NCBI RefSeq assembly: GCF_009914755.1
Contig: NC_060926.1
Source: the human T2T-CHM13v2.0 reference genome, Homo sapiens
Length of the DNA: 64,000 nt
Direction: 5' to 3' (one strand)
The position numbers were made by a program, and so were the translations under genes. Under the pieces are notes generated by a model. It saw nothing but the letters and a program-made list of their open reading frames with translations, was not told the origin of the DNA and did no database searches. Positions 30,885 to 44,890 of the stretch are shown here, piece by piece (within the stretch, counting starts at the first letter, position 1; each line of letters opens with the position of its first letter).

Positions 30885-31105
30885 TGGATTAACAAAGGTT
30901 TTGGAGTCTGTTACATCCTGGGTTCAAATCATGGCTGAGTCACTTACCAGCTGGATGAAGCACATTATTTTTTTGAGCCTCGGTTTCTTCATCTACAAAA
31001 TACGGACAATGATGCTTCCTTAGTAGAGTTGTTTTGAAGCTTAGAAATAACATGTGTATAGTGCATGTCTCAGTGCTCAGCACGTGGATGATTAAAAAAT
31101 AGAAA
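30885..31105 (+). mobile_element. MIR
   Basis: cctgggttcaaatc...cacttaccagctg...gagcctcggtttcttcatctacaaaat. Confidence 0.85.
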
Positions 31106-32083
31106 GGGTTGTGAAGATGATGAGGCTGTGTCTGTAAGCGTATTGATTCTCAGCTGGGGATGAATGGTGCCCACTGTGAGTTGGCAGAGATGACTTCAGA
31201 AGGGAATTCATTTCTTTCTGGGGAGAAGGGAGAGTGAGATGAGGTCACATACATTTCCGATGGAATAGCTTTATGTGAGAGACTATGATACAAAATCTTT
31301 CTTTTCATTACAGAATATAAATACACTTGCTGAAGGATAGAAAGTAGGTGGATGAAATCAAATAGCTTAAAGGTAGCATAAAAGAAAAATAAAGTACAAA
31401 ACCAGATTTAAAAAAGGACACCATTTTATATCCAGTAAATCCATGCAGCATCTGATTTACCATTTTCCCGATTGCCTTTCAGAGTTTATTGGAGCCTACA
31501 GTATCTGTGAACCAGATGACCAGCTTTAAGCTGGGGAGGAAGGGGACTATCTCCCTCTTCTTGTCTTGCTGTGATATCCAGAAGCACAAGCCAGATAAAT
31601 GAATAGAATGGCTGGGGCATGCATTCCTCAGCTTTCCCCAGAGCTGGCCCCATTCCGTGCACCTTCCTTCTTGCTCTGGGCTTGCTTTGGGGTGACCACT
31701 TGCTGCATTTGCCTCCCAGATTGTTGCCAGTTTATCAGTTTCTTTGCACAGAACTCTGCCTTTCTCCCTGCTTTATAATCTGTTGCCTGCTCTCTGATGT
31801 GACACCTGGAAAGGCTGTGTTTCCATGGGTGACTGCTTCAGCTGGGCTTATCAGCCCACTCCAGGGGCAGCCCTGGCGGAGCTGCTTTCCCTCTCTGGGC
31901 TCTGGTCCTGGGAGGTGGCTTCCAAGAGCATTCTGCACTCTGGATAGATGGAGTCTGAGTAATAATGGGATTAAAGAGAGAGGAAGGAGGAGAAATGAGA
32001 CTTAGGTCACTAAGTTCAGGCTAATAATATATAAGGCTATGGTTTATATAATTATTTTAATAAAATAAAGGCAGCTTCTGGGT

Positions 32084-32418
32084 TGAGAATTCTCAAACTG
32101 TGGTCTGAGGACAAGTGGCAGGTCCCCAAGTCCTTTCAATGGGATCCCTAAGGTCAGAACTCTTTCCATAGTAACACTAAGATGTTAGTTGCCCCTTTCA
32201 CTCTTATTCTCTGATAAGTGTGCAGTGGAGTTTCTCAGCAGCTCCATGATAGGTGATGGCATCATTTTTCTGTGGCATGTACTTTTGTATTTCAAAAATT
32301 TCTCAGCTTGAATTTCTCATTTGACAAACATTGACAGATAAAAGCTACGTAAACAAAAGCTCTTTGATGGTTTTCAATAAATTTGGGGTCCTGAGACCAA
32401 AATGTTTGAGACTTGCTG
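32084..32418. mobile_element. Charlie1-family hAT MITE
   Basis: ttctcaaactgtggtc start and ggggtcctgagaccaaaatgtttgagacttgctg end (TIR-like termini). Confidence 0.7.
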
Positions 32419-32591
32419 TTCTAGATTATGGCTGTGCTTTCTACTGAGGGGTGCGGTTGGGAGAAAAATTCACCAGGTGTGGGGTTATGAAGATTTCCTA
32501 GGCTTTGTCATTACAAGAATGGATGTAGAAGAGACACTTGGCCATTGCGTTAGTTATACTTGTTCATTCCTTTGCTTATTGCACAAGGCAT

Positions 32592-32790
32592 TTGAGTGTA
32601 TTGTTTTAAGCATACAGACTCTGGTGTCAGACTGCCTGCATATGAATCCTGGTTCAGCCACTTTGTTACTCCGTGACTTTGGGCAAGTTAATGGATCTCC
32701 TTATGCCTTGGTTTCCTCATTGCGAATGAGGATCAAAATCCTTTTCTCCAGGGATTATTGTGAAGGGTAAGCTGCTCAGCCAGTGCCTGC
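32592..32790 (+). mobile_element. MIR
   Basis: agactctggtgtcagactgcctg...gtgactttgggcaagtta...ccttggtttcctcat. Confidence 0.85.
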
Positions 32791-32791
32791 C

Positions 32792-33315
32792 TGTGCTGGT
32801 AATTTTCCATTTGCCCCTCTCCTTTCTTCCCCTAATACATTCTCCTCCTTTCTTTACCTTGCTCTGGATCCTGGGAAGGTGAAGGGAGGGCTAATCCCTA
32901 TGGACTCCATCATTTAGATTTCTTTGCCTTCTGGCTTCCTGTTGAGTTTGACCAATGGAAGGCACTGGCAAGATATGAGAGGTAGAAGGAGAGAGAGATG
33001 GGGGTGTTTGTTCCCCTACTTCCTTCCTGCTTTGGTGCCAGTTGTTGCACGGGCTGAGTCCCTTCCAGTCCCAATTGCAGCCATAGTTTCTATAGCTGGA
33101 CCCTTTTCATGGCTCAGGGGCTCATGAAGCCCTGGCTACAGCCTCCTCTCCTTCCCTTCAGCCTAGGTATGTTGCCTGTCCTGGGGCATTGGGCTATCCT
33201 TCCTGTTTCCCTTGCCTCTGTACATCTGCTTAAGTACACCTGTAAATGGTCTTTTATTAAGCTCTTTGCAAGATTCCTGTGAGCACACCTTGTTTCTGCT
33301 GCATCCTAGCCTCTC
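32792..33315 (+). mobile_element. LTR33-like ERVL LTR
   Basis: tgccttctggcttcctgttgagtttgaccaatggaaggcactggcaagat and cccttcagcctagg. Confidence 0.75.
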
Positions 33316-34429
33316 AGGAGGCATTAGTGGCCACGATGAGTCTGACCCTGGCACTCACTGCTCTAGGTGCTACCTTGCGGGCTGCTACCAAGGCTTCCCA
33401 GATTTTCCTCTGTGCTTGCTCCCATGCTAGGCACAGACAGGGCAGTGGTTGCTCTCAAAAAGCTTGTGCAAAGGGACTAGACGTTTAGGAATCAAAGAGT
33501 TCAGCAGAAACCTGAAGCCATAAATGCCAAGTGGCAATACGGCCAATGCTGAAATAAGTTCTCCTGGAGTTCAGAGGAGGAAGAATGGGCTGTTAGGAAA
33601 GGGGTCACTTTTCAACAGGGTGGGAAAAGTGGATCTGCAGGGAAGCTCCGCGGCTGAGTAAGCATCACTCAGATGCGTAGAGGCAGAGAGGGAACATGTG
33701 ATTGACGTGACAGTAGCCTGTGGAGAAGGTGGAGTGACCCAGCTACAGTCTTGTCCCAGGGATGGACAGGGGAATGAGGGCTTCTTCCCCTTGGAGTCAC
33801 TGAAGGTTTGTGTGCAGTGGCTGGAGTGAAGACAGCGGTGGAGGAGGTGTACAGGTGGTCCACATGTTGTCGGAGGAGGAGGATGTGAAGGCAGGTGGAG
33901 GTGATGTGACCATCCAAGGGAAGATCTGGGGGGGCCCGGACTGGGAAATAACAGGAAAAGGATAGGGGAGCTGGGCAGGAGAGGGATTCTGAGGCTGAGG
34001 GCTCCTCTCCAAGCTCGTCTGACTGCTAAGCCCACGTCCTCCCTCCGCAGTGTGTCCCTCTCCCCAGCCCATGACAGGGTCAGCAGATGCTTCTTCGGAC
34101 CCTGGGGTGCAATGTGTTATTTCTGTCACAGACTCCCTGAGTAACTGTGTGCTGGTTGCTTTTCCTCTCTGGGCATCAGTCTCTTCATCTGGAAGATAAA
34201 GGTGTAACATGCATGATCCGTAGAACCTCCTGGTTTGACATCTTGTGAGTCCATGCTGCAAATATCACATTGACTTTCACCCCCTCTGATAGTACTTCAT
34301 CTCCAGGAGAGATTTTGCTTTCAAAAGAGAGACTGATAAGAGGAAGGACTAACATTGTTCTCCTGCTATTTTGTAGGTACTGTGCTATGCAATGTTCATA
34401 TCTTATTTAATTGTCCTAACACCCTTCCT

Positions 34430-34700
34430 TCAGTTAGCATTGAATTTGGCAGAATTAACAGAAAACCTGACTCAGTGTGGTTAAATCAATAGAGTGAATT
34501 TTTCTCATAGAACAAGAAATCTGGAGGCAATTACCTGTTGGCCTTAATTCAATGGCTCAGATATGTCAGGACAGGCACATGTATGCTTGTCTTGGCCTTT
34601 CCTTCACGGCCACAGAAAGGCTGCTGCAGCTCCAGCCACCATCTTCATAAAGGAAGGGTGTGGGGGAAGGGACACTGCCAGGTCTGTCCATTGGTCCTTT
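34430..34700 (-). mobile_element. MLT1J/K/L-like old MaLR LTR fragment between MIR pieces
   Basis: aacagaaaacctgactcagtgtggttaaatcaa...aacaagaaatctggaggc...ggctgctgcagctccagcca. Confidence 0.6.
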
Positions 34701-36064
34701 TTTTTTTTTTTTTAAATCAATAAAGGAAAGCATTATTAGTTTTTCTCATTGACAGAAGAAAAGAATGAGGCCTAGAGAGGTTGAGCCACTTCTAAACACC
34801 AAGAGTCAGCATGACTCTGCCCCAGAGTCTCAGCTCCCTTTCCTTTCCAGTGCTGGGTTAGCAAAACTGGTTTGCAGGTGCCTTACTGCACCAGGAGGCC
34901 TCTGCATCCTAGCGCAACAAATATCAAGGTAGGTTAGCGACTGGAGGGGAATCCTCACTGGGGGATGTCCTTTTTTATTCCTGGAAGTGTCCTGAAGCTG
35001 GGTTTGTGTGCTGGGACCAGACCTCCCTTTCTTGATGGGAATAAATGATACTAACAGTATTCAGGAAAAGAGCACAGCATTTAATTATGATTGAGAGATG
35101 GGCAACCTTCTTCCCCAGTCGTCCTGCCCAAGCCTGCTTGGTGAATCCTGTTCCTCCCTGTCACCTGCTGCATCCCCCCTCTTTCCTTCTTCCTGAGTCT
35201 CCTGCATGGCTCCCTGATGCCCAGGAGGAAGATTCCTGTCCACACTGAAGTGCACCACTTGCTGAGTCAGCTGCGCCCCACCCTTGACCACGGGTGAACA
35301 TGGTTTTTTTTTGTGTGTGTTTTTTTCCTCTACTGGAAAATTACTGGATAATTATTTTTTTGGTAGGGATTTAGTTGAAATGAAAACAGAGTCCTTGAAA
35401 CAAATTGCAAATTATAACAAATTTGGAGAATCGGAAAAATGAAGACCAAACTTCTGGTTTTTTTATTCGTATTTCTGTTGAGAAGCGGCAGGAAGGCCAA
35501 GGCCAAGTTGAGGGGATGTCAGCCCAGGGCAGTATCCTCATCCCTCCCCTCCCAATGGTTTTATTCCAATAATGTTTGGTTTCAAACGGGGCTTGTGGGA
35601 AGACCATTGTACTCATAACTAGGCCATCTGGGATGGGTTGTGTTGGTGTGAGTGGGACCAGGGGCGGGACTCTGGATGTATTTTCTTGGTCACTAGCGTT
35701 CCAGTGGATGGATGGAGGGGCTGTTTCCTGAGTTTAGAATGAAATCTGACATGAAACTGCCTTGCTTCAGCTCTTCCTGGCTCCTGCCTACTTTCAGGAC
35801 TCAGCCCTGCCTCCCTCCTTCCTGCCGCACTTGCTGAGAGGAACACGGTGAACTACTGGAGCACAACACACTGTTTCTCAGGGCCCTTTGTTCACGTTCT
35901 CCCTGCAGCACCCTTCTTAACTACACCTGGCTGGCACTCACTCACCTGTCAGGACTCAGGAAGCCATGCCTCAGTTCGCAGAACTAGCAAGGGGCTTCTT
36001 TGGGCTCCTGCCAAGCTTCCATGATGCATTCCTCCATAGCCCTGAAATTTGCTCTTTGCTTTTC

Positions 36065-36190
36065 TTTCTTTTTATGGATTTGTGAGATCCGTGAGAACAA
36101 GGTCTATGCCTCGTTCGTTTTGGAATCCTCAGCCCCTAGCACAGTGCTTGGCTCAGAATGGCCCTCAATAATGCAGCACTGAACGACTCT
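36065..36190 (+). mobile_element. L2 3' end
   Basis: gatttgtgagatccgtgagaacaagg...cctagcacagtgcttggctcag...ctcaataatg. Confidence 0.7.
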
Positions 36191-36859
36191 AAACAAACAG
36201 CAAGGGTATACAATTTGTTTTTGGCAGAAGAGCAGCCAAGGTCCCTCTGCACAATGGATCCTCTGTAAGCCAAGCTCTGCTGCTGTGGATATCCAGCCTT
36301 CTGCATGATCCTCTCTTCAGACAAAAATGGTGCTTGAGCCGGTGCAGCAAGCACGCCCTTCTGTATTCCTCTCTTGAGGCTGTTCGCATTTAATATTTGT
36401 GCCTAGACGCACCCGTTCCTGCTGGAGGGTTTTAATAGCCCACTTGACATTTTCTATTTTTTGGATGGTTGTTTCTATTAAATTGTTGTAATGAAACAAA
36501 TGAACATTACTTGTTTTTTTTTCTTTTCTTCTTCAAAATCTCTTTCTAAATGGACTGTATATCAAGCTTGCAACAGCAGTAGATTTTTTCCTGAATGACT
36601 GAGCCAGGCAGTGCCTTGAAAGAAACAGCATTCAAAGTGGGCATTAGAACCAGGCCCCCAAGAAGATGGACTCCAGCTGTTTCATTTCGGAGGTGAGGTA
36701 ATGAGACTAGAGATGAAGTAACTGCTCCTCACATTGTTAGTGACAGAGTTGGCCTTATAACCCAGGAACGCTTATCATTTAAGAGTTTATTTATTTTTTA
36801 ATTATCAATAACATTGTCTTGTAATAAAGGCTCTTCTTAACTGCTGAAGTCCAGGAATA

Positions 36860-37560
36860 AGAATAAAAAAATTAGCCCAAATTTTCAGCACCAGAAATAA
36901 TATTTTAGTACCTTTATTGGTCACTTGTTCTTTGTGTACATATTTTACACTTATTTTAATAAACACGTATACATAAAACATGTAAAGTATGAAGAAGAAA
37001 ATGAATTACCCAAACTCAAGTCCCTAGAGTTAAGTGCTGCAAGCAATTGGATATGTGGTTTTGCAAAATGTTGTTTTCTTTCTCTAAATAAATATAAAGT
37101 GGGATCACACTATATATCTTGTTTGGTGACTTGCATTTTGCATCTTGCTAATATAGTGTGAACAGCTTTTAAACCAAAAAGTACCCACAGCCTCATTTTT
37201 GATGACTGGATAACAGCCTATACATATGCCACAATTTATTTATCAAAATTGTTATTATTAGACATGCAAGTTGTTCCCTATATTTTTCACTATTATACAT
37301 AGTACTTTGATAAATATCTTTGACTATGGAAGAATGCAGTTTTTCACTCATTTGTTATTTTGTCAGAATAATTTGCATGAGAGTAGTAATTTACAGGTCA
37401 ATGTGCTTGCACATGTTAGAGATATTTGACGTGGACCTTCAAATCGCATTCCAGAAGAGCAATGTGAGGTTATTTCTTACAGAAGCATACGAGAAAGCTC
37501 ATTTTCCACATCCCTGCCTTGCTGCATTCAAATGTACTTCTCATTTCATCAGTTTTGGTG
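36860..37560 (-). mobile_element. Very old L1 (L1ME-like) fragment
   Basis: gggatcacactatatatcttgttt...ccacaatttatttatcaa...gttgttcc...ttttccacatccctgcc. Confidence 0.55.
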
Positions 37561-37724
37561 AATTTGTGTCTTTGAAAAATCAACCAATTCACTGAAATTT
37601 TAAAATTTATTATCATACAGTTGTACATAGTTTTCTCTTATAATGAACAAACAACCATTTCATGCTTGTGGTTGTAAGCCCCTTCTCATTCTCAATATGT
37701 TATTAAGAAAAGCAGAATGCTCTG

Positions 37725-38188
37725 GGCAGATTTCAAAATCGTTAGTTTTCTCTCCCTGCTGCTGTAAGCAAAAGTGGATTTTTTTCTTCAGTATTTACTG
37801 TGAGAACTTGGGAGAGCTCCTGGAGGTAAGGCTCACAAAAGTGTGGGGATCCCTGTAAGACTAGGTCCCCCTGGAGTTTATAAACTCTCAAACTTCGTCC
37901 ACACAGGGCCTCCAGCAATTCATGAATTATAGTTCAGGTTTTCCTACCTTGGCACTGCTTCTGGTGGAGTTTTCTCCTCCTGGGATTCTGCTCCAGTGAG
38001 CTGTGATTCCTTGTGTCCACCTGGCTGTCTCATCAGTTTTGGGGGCAGCAGTTTGCCCTGTCACCTGAGTTCTCTGATGGATCTGAGAAGAATTGCTGAC
38101 TTTCAGTTTTTTCAACTCTTCCTTTGTTGTGAGGATGGGAGTGACAACGTTCAAGCTCCTTGCATGTAGGACTGGAAACAGGAAGACC
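37725..38188 (-). mobile_element. L1MD-type 5' end
   Basis: ttgggggcagcagtttgccctg...gatggatctgagaagaattgctgactttcag...caagctccttgcatgtaggactggaaacaggaag. Confidence 0.65.
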
Positions 38189-38218
38189 TCCATTCTCAAT
38201 GTTTTCTGTTGTTGTTTG

Positions 38219-38314
38219 TCTTCCTTCCTCCTTCCTGCCTCCCTCCCTCCTTCCCTCCCTCCCTCCCTCCCTTCTTCCCTTTCTCCCTTTCTTTTCTTTC
38301 CTTTCTTTCTTTCT
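38219..38314. repeat. (CCCT/CTTT)n low-complexity tract
   Basis: Direct reading. Confidence 0.9.
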
Positions 38315-39324
38315 ATCAATTAGCTTTGTAAGATGTTCCTCTATATTGTTGGTCTTTTCACAAATTCTTTTTATTCATTCTGCTTTTTAGGATTTGAATA
38401 AATTACTTCCAGTTTTTATATTTAATAATTCCTCCCTCTTTCTTTAGGTTATATTTTGCTGTTATTCTAGCTGTTCGAGTGAGACAGTTTATTTTTACTG
38501 TTATCTCTTGCATTTACTTCTATTCCTTTGTTCTGTTAATCTCTTTAGGGAAATGGATTATCCGTATGCCTAGGTCATAAGCTTCTTTAGCTTCTTTTGG
38601 GCGAAGATCTTGTTTTCTTCAGATCATGGCACAGTGCTCAGCTCAAGGGGAATGATCCATAGTGGCTGAATGCATAAATGAAGGAGTAAATGCATGTTAG
38701 GTTTAAGGTGTCTGTCCTCCTATCCCATATATTTTTTCTATTTAAATTTATTTTGCCATTTCTTCAACATTTTGCATTTGAAAGTGTTGCTCCTTTTGGC
38801 CCAAATGTACTATATATGCAATTTTATATCTCACTTTGTAAAATTTAATCTGGTTATCATATTGTTAAATAAAATTTTTATAATGTTATTATGGATTCAT
38901 TTCTATTCATTGGGTGTGTTATATTTTACTTTAACCTATTGATGTAAATTTGAGATAGTGCCAATTATTTTTGCTATTAAAAGAAATTATATGAATATTT
39001 TACAAAGTATTATGGAAAACTTTCTTCATGATAAAATTACTGTAGTGACATTTATGGGTCAAAGACCTGAATATTTAATTGTTAGATTTTGACAAATGGT
39101 TTTTCAAAAGGGTAATACAAAATGTGGCATCCACCAGCAATGTGTGAATGTTAATTTTCTGTCCACAGATTTGCTAATTTGGGGTGCTGTCTACCCCTGC
39201 CTTCCAACTCTGCCTCAATACTCCTGACACTACACTGTAACACCCCATCTCTCTTTAGATCTTGGAAACCTTTTTCCAGTTTCTTGAATGGAACAAAGGT
39301 GAGAGTGAGAAAGATCAAGAATTA

Positions 39325-39650
<326 letters not shown>

Positions 39651-41009
39651 GATAATTTACTTCACTTACTCTTCTATTTTTTTTAAACTAAAATTGATTG
39701 AGCCTTTTTAAAGTTACAAAGTATAAAGGAGAAAATAAGGCCCAAATGATCCGTTTATTCTTGAATTTATTTCTCAAGTTGGAAAAGCCAAACAGGGTGG
39801 AGTGGAAGAAAACGGACAGCAAAAGCCTCATTTCCCATTTTCTGTTCCTCTCCTTGGAGGCAATTACTTATGAATATGTCTTTGATTCTTTCCAGAATAC
39901 ACATGCTAGCAAACTTATTACATTTCAGTATTCCAAGATGCTTTAGTGTTGACCTTTTTTGTAGCTGTCACCTGGCTGGAGTGGTTCTGGGAGATCCTAC
40001 ATTGTAGGAGGCATTGTTTCTTAAACTAAACAATTTCATCAGTACAAATGTATGGGATGCATGCGACATTTTGTTACATGTATATAATGCATAGTGATCA
40101 AGCCAGGGTATTTAGGATGCCCATCACCAAGTATAATACATTTTTGTCAATTATAATCACCCTACTCTGCTACCAAACATTGAATTTATTCCTTTTATCT
40201 AACTGTGTGTTTGTACCCTTTAACCCACTTCTCTTCATACTCCCTCCTGTTCCACTCACCCTTCCCAGTGTGTTATCTATCTTCCACTCTCTGCCTCCAT
40301 CTGATAACATTTTTAGCTTACACATATAAGTGAGAACATTTGATATTTGTCTTTCTGTGCCTGGCTTATTTTACATAAGATAACAACCTTCAGTACCATC
40401 CATGTGCTGAAAATGACATGATTTCATTCTTTTATATGTCTAAGTAGTATTCCAATGTGCATATATACCACATTTTCTTTATCCATTTTATCCATTGATG
40501 AACACTTAGGTTGATTCAATATCTTTGCTATTGTGAATAGTGCTTCAATAAACACGCAAGCACGGATATCTCTTTGATAGATATATTGATTTCTATTCCT
40601 TTGGGTAGATACTCGGTGTGGGGTTGCTGGATTGGATGGTAATTCTATTTTTAGTTCTTTTAGAAATCTCCATACTGTTTTTGATAGTGGCTGTAGTAGT
40701 CTTTATCCCACAGTTTATAAGAGTTCTCTTTTCTCCACACCCTCACCAATATCTGTTATTTTTTCTTTTTAATAATAGCCATTCTGACTGGATTAAGATA
40801 TATCATTGTGGTTTTGGTTTGCATTTCTCTAGTGATTAGTGACATTGAGTATTTTTTCATACACCTATTGGCTGTTTGTAGGTCTTCTTTCGAGAAATGT
40901 CCATTCATGTCTTTTGCCCACTTTTTAATGGGATTATTTGCTTCTTTTTCCTGTTGGTTGTTTGAGTTCTTATATATTCTGGATATTAGTCCTCTTTCAG
41001 ATGAATAGC

Positions 41010-41090
41010 TTAAAAATATTATTTAATAATATTATTAAATATTATTAATATTAATATTAAATATTATTAAATATTATTAAATAATATTTT
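41010..41090. repeat. AT-only palindromic insertion
   Basis: 21-bp perfect inverted repeats 41013-41033 and 41070-41090; perfect palindrome 41020-41041. Confidence 0.93.
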
Positions 41091-44000
41091 CTCCCATTCA
41101 ACAGATTGTCTCTTCGCTCTTTTGATTATTTCTTTTGGTATACAGGAGCATTTTAATTTCATTAAGTCCCATTGGTCTATTTTTGCTTTTGTTGCCTATG
41201 CTTTTTAGGTCTTAGTCATAAATTTTGTGTCTAGTCTGATGTCCAGGAGAGTTTTCTCTAGGTTTTCTCCTGGTATTTTTATAGTTTTGGGTCATACGCT
41301 TAAATATTTAATCCATTTTGAATTGATTTTTGTATATGCTGAAAGGTAGGAATCCAGCTTCATTATTCTGCATATGGCTATCCAATTTTCCTGGCATCAT
41401 TTGCTGAAGAGGGCATCCTTTCCCCAATGTAAGTTCTTGTTGGCTTTGTTGAAAATCAAATGGCTATAAATATGTGGCTTTATTTCTGGATTCTGGATTC
41501 TGTTCCATTGGTCTGTGTGTCTTTTTTATATCAATACTGTGCTGTTTTGGTTACTATAGCATTATCATATATTTAGAAGTCAGATAATGTTATGCCTCCA
41601 GCTTTGTTCTTAATGCTCAGGATTGCTTTGGCTATTCAGGCTTTTTTTTGGTTCTGTATAAATTTTAGAAATTTTTTGGTAAGTCTGTGAAGAGTGACAT
41701 TGATATTTTGATAAGGAGTGCGTTGAATCTGTAGATTGCTTTGGGCAATATAGCCATTTTAACAATATTAGTTCTTCTGATGCATAAGTATGGCATGTTT
41801 TTCTATTGTCTGTGTTCTCTTCATTTTTTTCATTAGTATTTCATAGTTTTCCTTGAAAATATCTTTACCTTTCTGGTTAGATTTTTCCCTAGGTATTTTA
41901 TTTTATTTCATTTTAGTAGCTATTGTAAATGGGATTGCTGTCTTGATTTCTTTCTAGGCTAGATTGTTACTAGTGTATAGAAATACTACTAATTTTTGTA
42001 TGTTGCTTTTGTATTAAGCAACTTCATTGAATTCATTTATCAGATCTACAAAATTTTTGGTAAAGTCTGGGTTTTTCTAGATACGATTACATCATCAGCA
42101 AAGAGAGATAATTTTACTTACTCTTTTCTAATTTGGATTCTTTTTATTTCTTCTATTGCCTGATTGCTCTGGCTCGGACTTCCTGTACTGTGTTGAATAG
42201 CAGTGATGAAAGTGAGCATCTTTGTTTTTTCTCGACTTTTCCCCAGTCATTGTGATGTTAACTGTGGGTTTGTTGTATTCAGTCTTTATTATGTCGAGGT
42301 ACTTTTCTTCTACCCCTAATTCACTAAAAGTTTTTGTCATGAAAGGATGCTAAATTTTACCAAATGCTTTTTCTGCATCTATAGGGATGATCATAGAGTT
42401 TTATTATTATTATTATTATTTTATTATTATACCTTAAGTTCTGGGGTACATGTGCAGAACGTGCAGTTTTGTTACATAGGTATACATGTGCCATGGTGGT
42501 TTGCTGCATCCATCAACCCATTACCTACGTTATGTATTTCTCCTAATGCTATCCCTCCCATAGTCCCCCACCTCTGGACAGGCCCTGGTGTGTGTGATGT
42601 TCCCCTCCCCATGTCCATGTGTTCTCATTGTTCAACTCCCACTTATGAGTGAGAACATACAGTGTTTGGTTTTCTGTCCTTGTGATACTTTGCTTGGAAT
42701 GATGGTTTGCAGCTTCATCCATGTCCCTGCAAAGGACATGAACTCATCCTTTTTTATGGCTGCATAGTATTCCGTGGTGTATATGTGCTACATTTTCTTT
42801 ATCAAGTCTATCATTGATGGATAATGGGTTGGTTCCAAGTCTTTGCTATTGTGAACAGAGCCGCAGTAAACATACATGTGCATGTGTCTTTACAGTAGAA
42901 TGATTTATAATCCTTTGGGTATATACCCAGTAATGGGATTGCTGGATCAAGTGGTATTCCTGTTCTAGATCTTTGAGAAATTGCCACACTGTCTTCCAAA
43001 ATGGTTGAACTAATTTACACTGCCACCATTCCTATTTCTCCACATCCTCTCCAGCATTTGTTGTTTCCTGACTTTTTAATGATCACCATTCTAACTGGCA
43101 TGAGATGGTATTTCATTGTGGTTTTGATTTGCATTTCTCTAATGAGCAGTGATGATGAGCTGTTTTTCATATGGTTGTTGGCTGCATAAATGTCTTCTTT
43201 TGAGAAGTGTCTATTTATATCTTTTGCCCACTTTTTGATGTTTTTTTCTTGTAAATTTGTTTAAGTTCTTTGTAGATTCTGGATATTAGCCCTTTGTCAG
43301 ATGGGTAGATTGCAAAGATTTTCTCCCATTCAGTGGGTTGCCTATTCACTCTGATGATAGTTTCTTTTGCTGTGCAGGAGTTCTTTAATTTAATTAGATC
43401 CCATTTGTCAATTTTGGCTTTCATTGCCATTGCTTTTGGTGTTTTAGACATGAAGTCTTTGCCCATGCCTATGTCCTGAAAGGTATTGCCTAGGTTTTCT
43501 TCTAGGATTTTTATGGTTTTAGGTCTTACATTTAAGTCTTTAAACCATCTTGAGTTGATTTTTGTATAAGGTGTAAGGAAGGGATCTAGTTTCAGGTTTC
43601 TGCATATAGCTAGCCAGTTTTTCCAACACCATCTATTAAATAGGGAATCCTTTCCCCATTGCATGTTTTTGACAGGTTTGTCAAAGATCAGATGGTTGTA
43701 GATGTGTGGTGTTATTTCTGAGGCCCCTGTTCTGTTCCATTGGTCTATATATCTGTTTTGGTACCAGTACCATGCTGTTTTGGTTACTGTAGCCTTGTAG
43801 TATAGTTTGAAGTCAGGTAGCATGATGCCTCCAGCTTTGTTCTTTTTGCTTAGGATTGTCTTGGCTATGCAGGCTCTTTTTTTGTTCTATATGACCTTTA
43901 AAGTAGTTTTTTCCAATTCTGTGAAGAAAGTCATTGGTAGCTTGATGGGGATTGCACTGAATCTATAAATTACTTTGGGCAGTATGGCCACTTTCACGAT

Positions 44001-44582
44001 ATTGATTCTTCCTATCCATGGGCATGGAATGTTTTTTCATTTATTTGTGTCCTCTCTTATTTCCTTGAGCAGTGGTTTGTAGTTCCCCTTGAAGAGGTCC
44101 TTCACATCCCTTGTAAGTTGGATTCCTAGGTATTTTATTCTCTTAGTAGCAATTGTGAATGGGAGTTTACTCATGATTTGGCTCTCTGTTTGTCTGTTAT
44201 TGGTGTATAGAAGTGCTTGTGATTTTTGCACATTGATTTTGTATCCTGAGCCTTTGCTGAAGTTGCTTATCAGCTTAAAGAGATTTTGGACTGAGACAAT
44301 GGGGTTTTCTAAATATACAATCATGTCATCTGCAAACAGAGACAATTTGACTTCCTCGTTTCCTGTTTGAGTATCCTTTATTTCTTTCTCTTGCCTGATT
44401 GCCGTGGCCAGAACTTCCAATACTATGTTGAATAGGAGTGCTGAGAGAGGACATCCTTGTCTTGTGCCAGTTTTCAAAGGAAATGCTTCCAGTTTTTGAC
44501 CATTCAGTATGATATTGGCTGTGGGTTTTTCATAAATAGCTTTTATTATTTTGAGATGCTTTCCATCAATACCTAGTTTATT

Positions 44583-44890
44583 TATTTTTTATTTTTATTT
44601 ATTTATTTATTTTTGAGACAGAGTCTTGCTCTGTTGCGCAGGCTGGAGTGCAGTGGTGCAGTCTCGGTGTAACCTCCGCCTCCTGGGTCCATGCCGTTCT
44701 CCTGCCTCAGCCTCCCAAGTAGCTGGGACTGCAGGTGACTGTCACCATGCCCGGCTAATTTTTTTTGCATTTTTAGTAGAGATGAGGTTTCACTGTGTTA
44801 GACAGGATGGTCTCGGTCTCCTGACCTTGTGATCCGCCCATCTCGGCCTCCCAAAGTGCTGGGATTGCAGGCATGAGCCACCGCACCCTG
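44583..44890 (-). mobile_element. AluY/Sc-like inserted in L1PA ORF2
   Basis: (TTTA)n tail; gtgttagacaggatggtctc; TSD caatacctagtttatt at 44567 and 44891. Confidence 0.95.

Noticed and set aside
33571-34261. Two 154-aa minus-strand ORFs and G-rich stretch
   Set aside because: Pro/Ser-rich products of purine-skewed DNA; G runs too widely spaced for a canonical G-quadruplex.
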